Part shown: positions 18,130 through 21,001 of the stretch, piece by piece
How positions within the stretch are numbered: the stretch's first letter is position 1
Layout: each line of letters opens with the position of its first letter
DNA from: Paraphysomonas bandaiensis
Taxonomy: Eukaryota > Protista > Chrysophyceae
Length of the DNA stretch: 21,001 nucleotides
NCBI GenBank assembly: GCA_965644295.1
Contig: CBFFRP010000330.1
Coordinates: 1 to 21,001, forward strand
Direction of reading: 5' to 3'
Translations under genes and position numbers: made by a program
The notes under the pieces: model-generated
Database searches by the model: none
What the model was told of the DNA's origin: nothing
What the model saw: only the letters and a program-made list of their open reading frames with translations

Positions 18130-21001
18130 ATGACGATTCAAGCTATTCTGGATCGTATCGGTGTGGACTCACTGGATGAACTGGAGAGAGAAATAGAAAC
18201 CTTGCGAAGACAAGTGCAAGATCTCGAGGACAGCGGGCTGGGCTCATCACAGAGAGCTAACAACTTCAAAGAGAGTTTGGACGAATGCCTGAAGGCCAAA
18301 GATGCTTGCGAATCTCTATCTACGCCCTCTGAAGGAGTTATTGACTGTATATTGGACGACTTGGGTGAGAGCAGCGTCGAAAGCTTACAAGAGCGGCTCG
18401 CTGAATATCGCGATCAGCTTGATAAGTTTGATAAAGAAGGGAAATCATCATCTGTACGAGCTCACAATGTCCGAGACATGGTTGTAACTTATGAGCATGC
18501 GCTATCCAAGATCAAGGCTTTCCAAGCGCAGTGTCAAGCGGCCACTACTACACGCGCGTCGGAAGGAGATATTGACTGTATATTGGACGACTTGGGTGAG
18601 AGCAGCGTCGAAAGCTTACAAGAGCGGCTCGCTGAATATCGCGATCAGCTTGATAAGTTTGATAAAGAAGGGAAATCATCATCTGTACGAGCTCGCAATG
18701 TCCGAGACATGGTTGTAACTTATGAGCATGCGCTATCCAAGATCAAGGCTTTCCAAGCGCAGTGTCAAGCGGCCACTACTACACGCGCGTCGGAAGGAGA
18801 TATTGACTGTATATTGGAAGAGTTGGGTGAGAGCAGCGTCGAAAGCTTACAAGAGCGGCTCGCTGAATATCGCGATCAGCTTGATAAGTTTGATAACCAG
18901 GGGAAATCGTCGTCTGTACGAGCTCGCAAGGTCCGAGACATGGTTGTAACTTATGAGCATGCGCTATCCAAGATCAAGGCTTTCCAAGCGCAGCATAAAG
19001 CGGCTCCTACGACAAATATGGATATTACCCCATACTTTGTGCATATATTTCACGATGTGGAGAATTGTAGGTGTGAAGGGCGATTGGGTCTGAATGCCAG
19101 AGTCCTAGTTAAATACACGTTAGAGAAGATCATGTGCGCTTTTCTAGGAAGTATGGAAGCAGTGAATGTTATGGATTTCGATCGAGATTTGTCATGGAAG
19201 TGGGATTTTTGCATCAGACGCGACAGCAATAATGTTTTTCATCCATCGAAATTATTCGTTCGAGATATGGACACTGTTGGGGCAGTGCTTATCGATGTAC
19301 CGGGTATGAAGAAAGGAGAGGTTGACAAGCGCATTGAGCGTAATATGAGAGCATTTGCAGCTGATTACCAAAAAATGAATGACGATGCGAAACAAAAAAC
19401 TGCAGCAGTCCTCATCGCCAGTGATGGTGACTACTCCTCTGTTGTAGACGATCTGAAACGCATGGGCATACTTGTGATTTTGATTTATGACCCTGCGGAA
19501 TGTTCTGATGTTTTCAAATCCATTGTGAGCTCTCGCTACTCTTTAGGTGTGTGGCAAGAAATCCTTGATGCCAGTAAACCTATGGCGCCTGGCGTTAATA
19601 ACTCTACTCTAGAAACAGTTCCAAATCCACAGAGTGATAGGGAGTATGCCTCTCTAGTTTTTGCCCTTGCCGATTTCATGTATGTAAGGGGACAGTCCAG
19701 CTGTTTCTATCCCGTTTACATGAAAGAGCTACTTAAAGAGAATCCAGAGATCGGGGCGATTAATACTAAATATGGGGGTTTGGAAAGTTTTTGTGGTAGA
19801 AGTAATGGAGCTCTTTGCTACCAGGCTAATAATCAGGGAGGATTAGTATCTGTTGCTTTGCACTTTCTACTGGAGTTTTGGGTACGCTTAGAGGGAGGAA
19901 AGGTTCCCGCCAATAGAATAGGTACGTTATAATTACGCTTATTAAATCTTTATACCTATTCCTAGTCACCTTCAAGTCTGGCTGCTAATTGTGATGCCTG
20001 TAGGTGAATTCTATAAGAAATTTCCACGGTGCGCGGAAAATAATGTGGTCAAAAGCCAATTTAGAGAAAGTGGGGGGGCTCCTGCACTCTGTTCTGCCAC
20101 TGGTGGAAGTATGATATGGACCCAATGTTCCGACGATAGCACCGTGGGATATGGATACTTTGAATGCACAGCAGGTAACATCGACAAGACTACCAATTCG
20201 TGCATGTGGACTATTAACTGGCTGCACCACAACCACCTCAAGTACCTCTCAAAGCCAACTGTTGATGAGATGTTGTTAAGGGTGTCACCCAATGTTGTTC
20301 TGGAGCTGTGTGGTGATTCTCAGGGAGCGCGCTTACGACTATCGATTTCACAGCACTTTGAATCTTCACAGCAATCAATTTCTGATCCAGATGCTCTGTT
20401 GAAAGAAAGCAAATTGTGTGTAGAGGAGTTTCTAAGAGACTTACAGATCTCACCACTAGCCAAAGTGCCGGTGCCACGCTCAGTTCTTTTGGGTGACACT
20501 GAATTGCGAACGATAAAGAAACAATATCAAGTTTACTGCAATGTGTACAAGCGTAAGCAGGAGAACACGTGTGGCGATGATGCCATTTTTATGCTTCTTC
20601 CTAAACATATGTCAGCAGGACCGAATGTACCGGCGAATCGGTCTCCTCAACGACACCCAAATAAGAGTGCTTATGATATAGAGGCGTTTACGTATTCACA
20701 CCTAGTGAAACTAGGCATTAACCCCGTTACTCATATTGTGAAATTGAACATACGAAAGGAACCAGTGCTACATGCGTATATTGTGCTATCTCGAGATGCA
20801 CTTGACCAGGATGGGAGAAACAGGCTCCTCAATTCACAGTCATCCAATGGTGTGTCATTTTGTGAATCACTGCCTAGTCCTGAAGTGAGTGAAGTTGAGT
20901 CTATTCAACTTATTTATCCTTCCAGCAATGCGGAGGGGGCGGAAAAAGTCATGGATCGTATTAACGAACTTCGTCATTGCGAACGGGAATTAGATGTATT
21001 C
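18130..21001 (+). CDS. Second paralogue of the NYN-(Macro-WWE-PARP) gene, partial; exon 1 18130-19921, intron 19922-20003, exon 2 20004 to >21001
   Basis: Near-identical to copy A, with intact frame, splice sites and NYN catalytic residues, and three 77-aa repeats. The Macro/WWE/PARP part lies outside the window and is inferred. Confidence 0.85.
18328..19017 (+). repeat. Three 231-bp (77-aa) coding tandem repeats in paralogue B
   Basis: Same unit as in copy A; the exon-1 ORF is 600 aa vs 754 aa, a difference of exactly 2 x 77. Confidence 0.97.

Larger units (their letters stand above)
17262..21001 (+). repeat. Tandem segmental duplicate of 7522-11716 (continues beyond the window)
   Basis: Identity begins abruptly at TGCATGGAACATCCC (7522 vs 17262; offset 9740). 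The offset is 9762 at the ATG, 9300 after loss of two repeat units and 9285 after a 15-nt intron indel. Confidence 0.97.

Overview
Eukaryotic nuclear DNA, most likely from a microbial eukaryote (short GT-AG introns, mostly 49-97 nt). From left to right: (1) 1-~5490, minus strand: the 5' part of a large, probably retroelement-like unit. It has a frameshifted ORF1 and a long ORF2 that runs off the window edge and carries three tandem OTU-like cysteine protease domains. (2) 5596-6340: a complete non-autonomous hAT DNA transposon with perfect 23-bp TIRs and an 8-bp TSD. (3) 6522-7991, minus strand: a 7-exon gene not visible in the ORF track, encoding a mitochondrially targeted Tim44-like/MAIP1-like protein. 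(4) 8368-14977, plus strand, head-to-head with (3): four ORFs that splice in frame into one ~2132-aa protein with the order [77-aa tandem repeats] - NYN (LabA/DUF88/MARF1-type PIN) RNase - LOTUS/wHTH-like - RRM/KH-like array - macrodomain - WWE - KH - PARP/ART catalytic domain. This MARF1-like nuclease fused to a PARP14-like ADP-ribosylation module is the best candidate here for an undescribed RNA-directed defence system. (5) hAT remnants at 15.1-16.4 kb. (6) From 17262, a near-identical tandem duplicate of 7522 onward. It has a truncated Tim44-like gene and a second NYN-PARP paralogue with 3 instead of 5 repeat units and mostly non-synonymous differences. All domain calls come from motifs recognised by eye and need HMM or structure confirmation.
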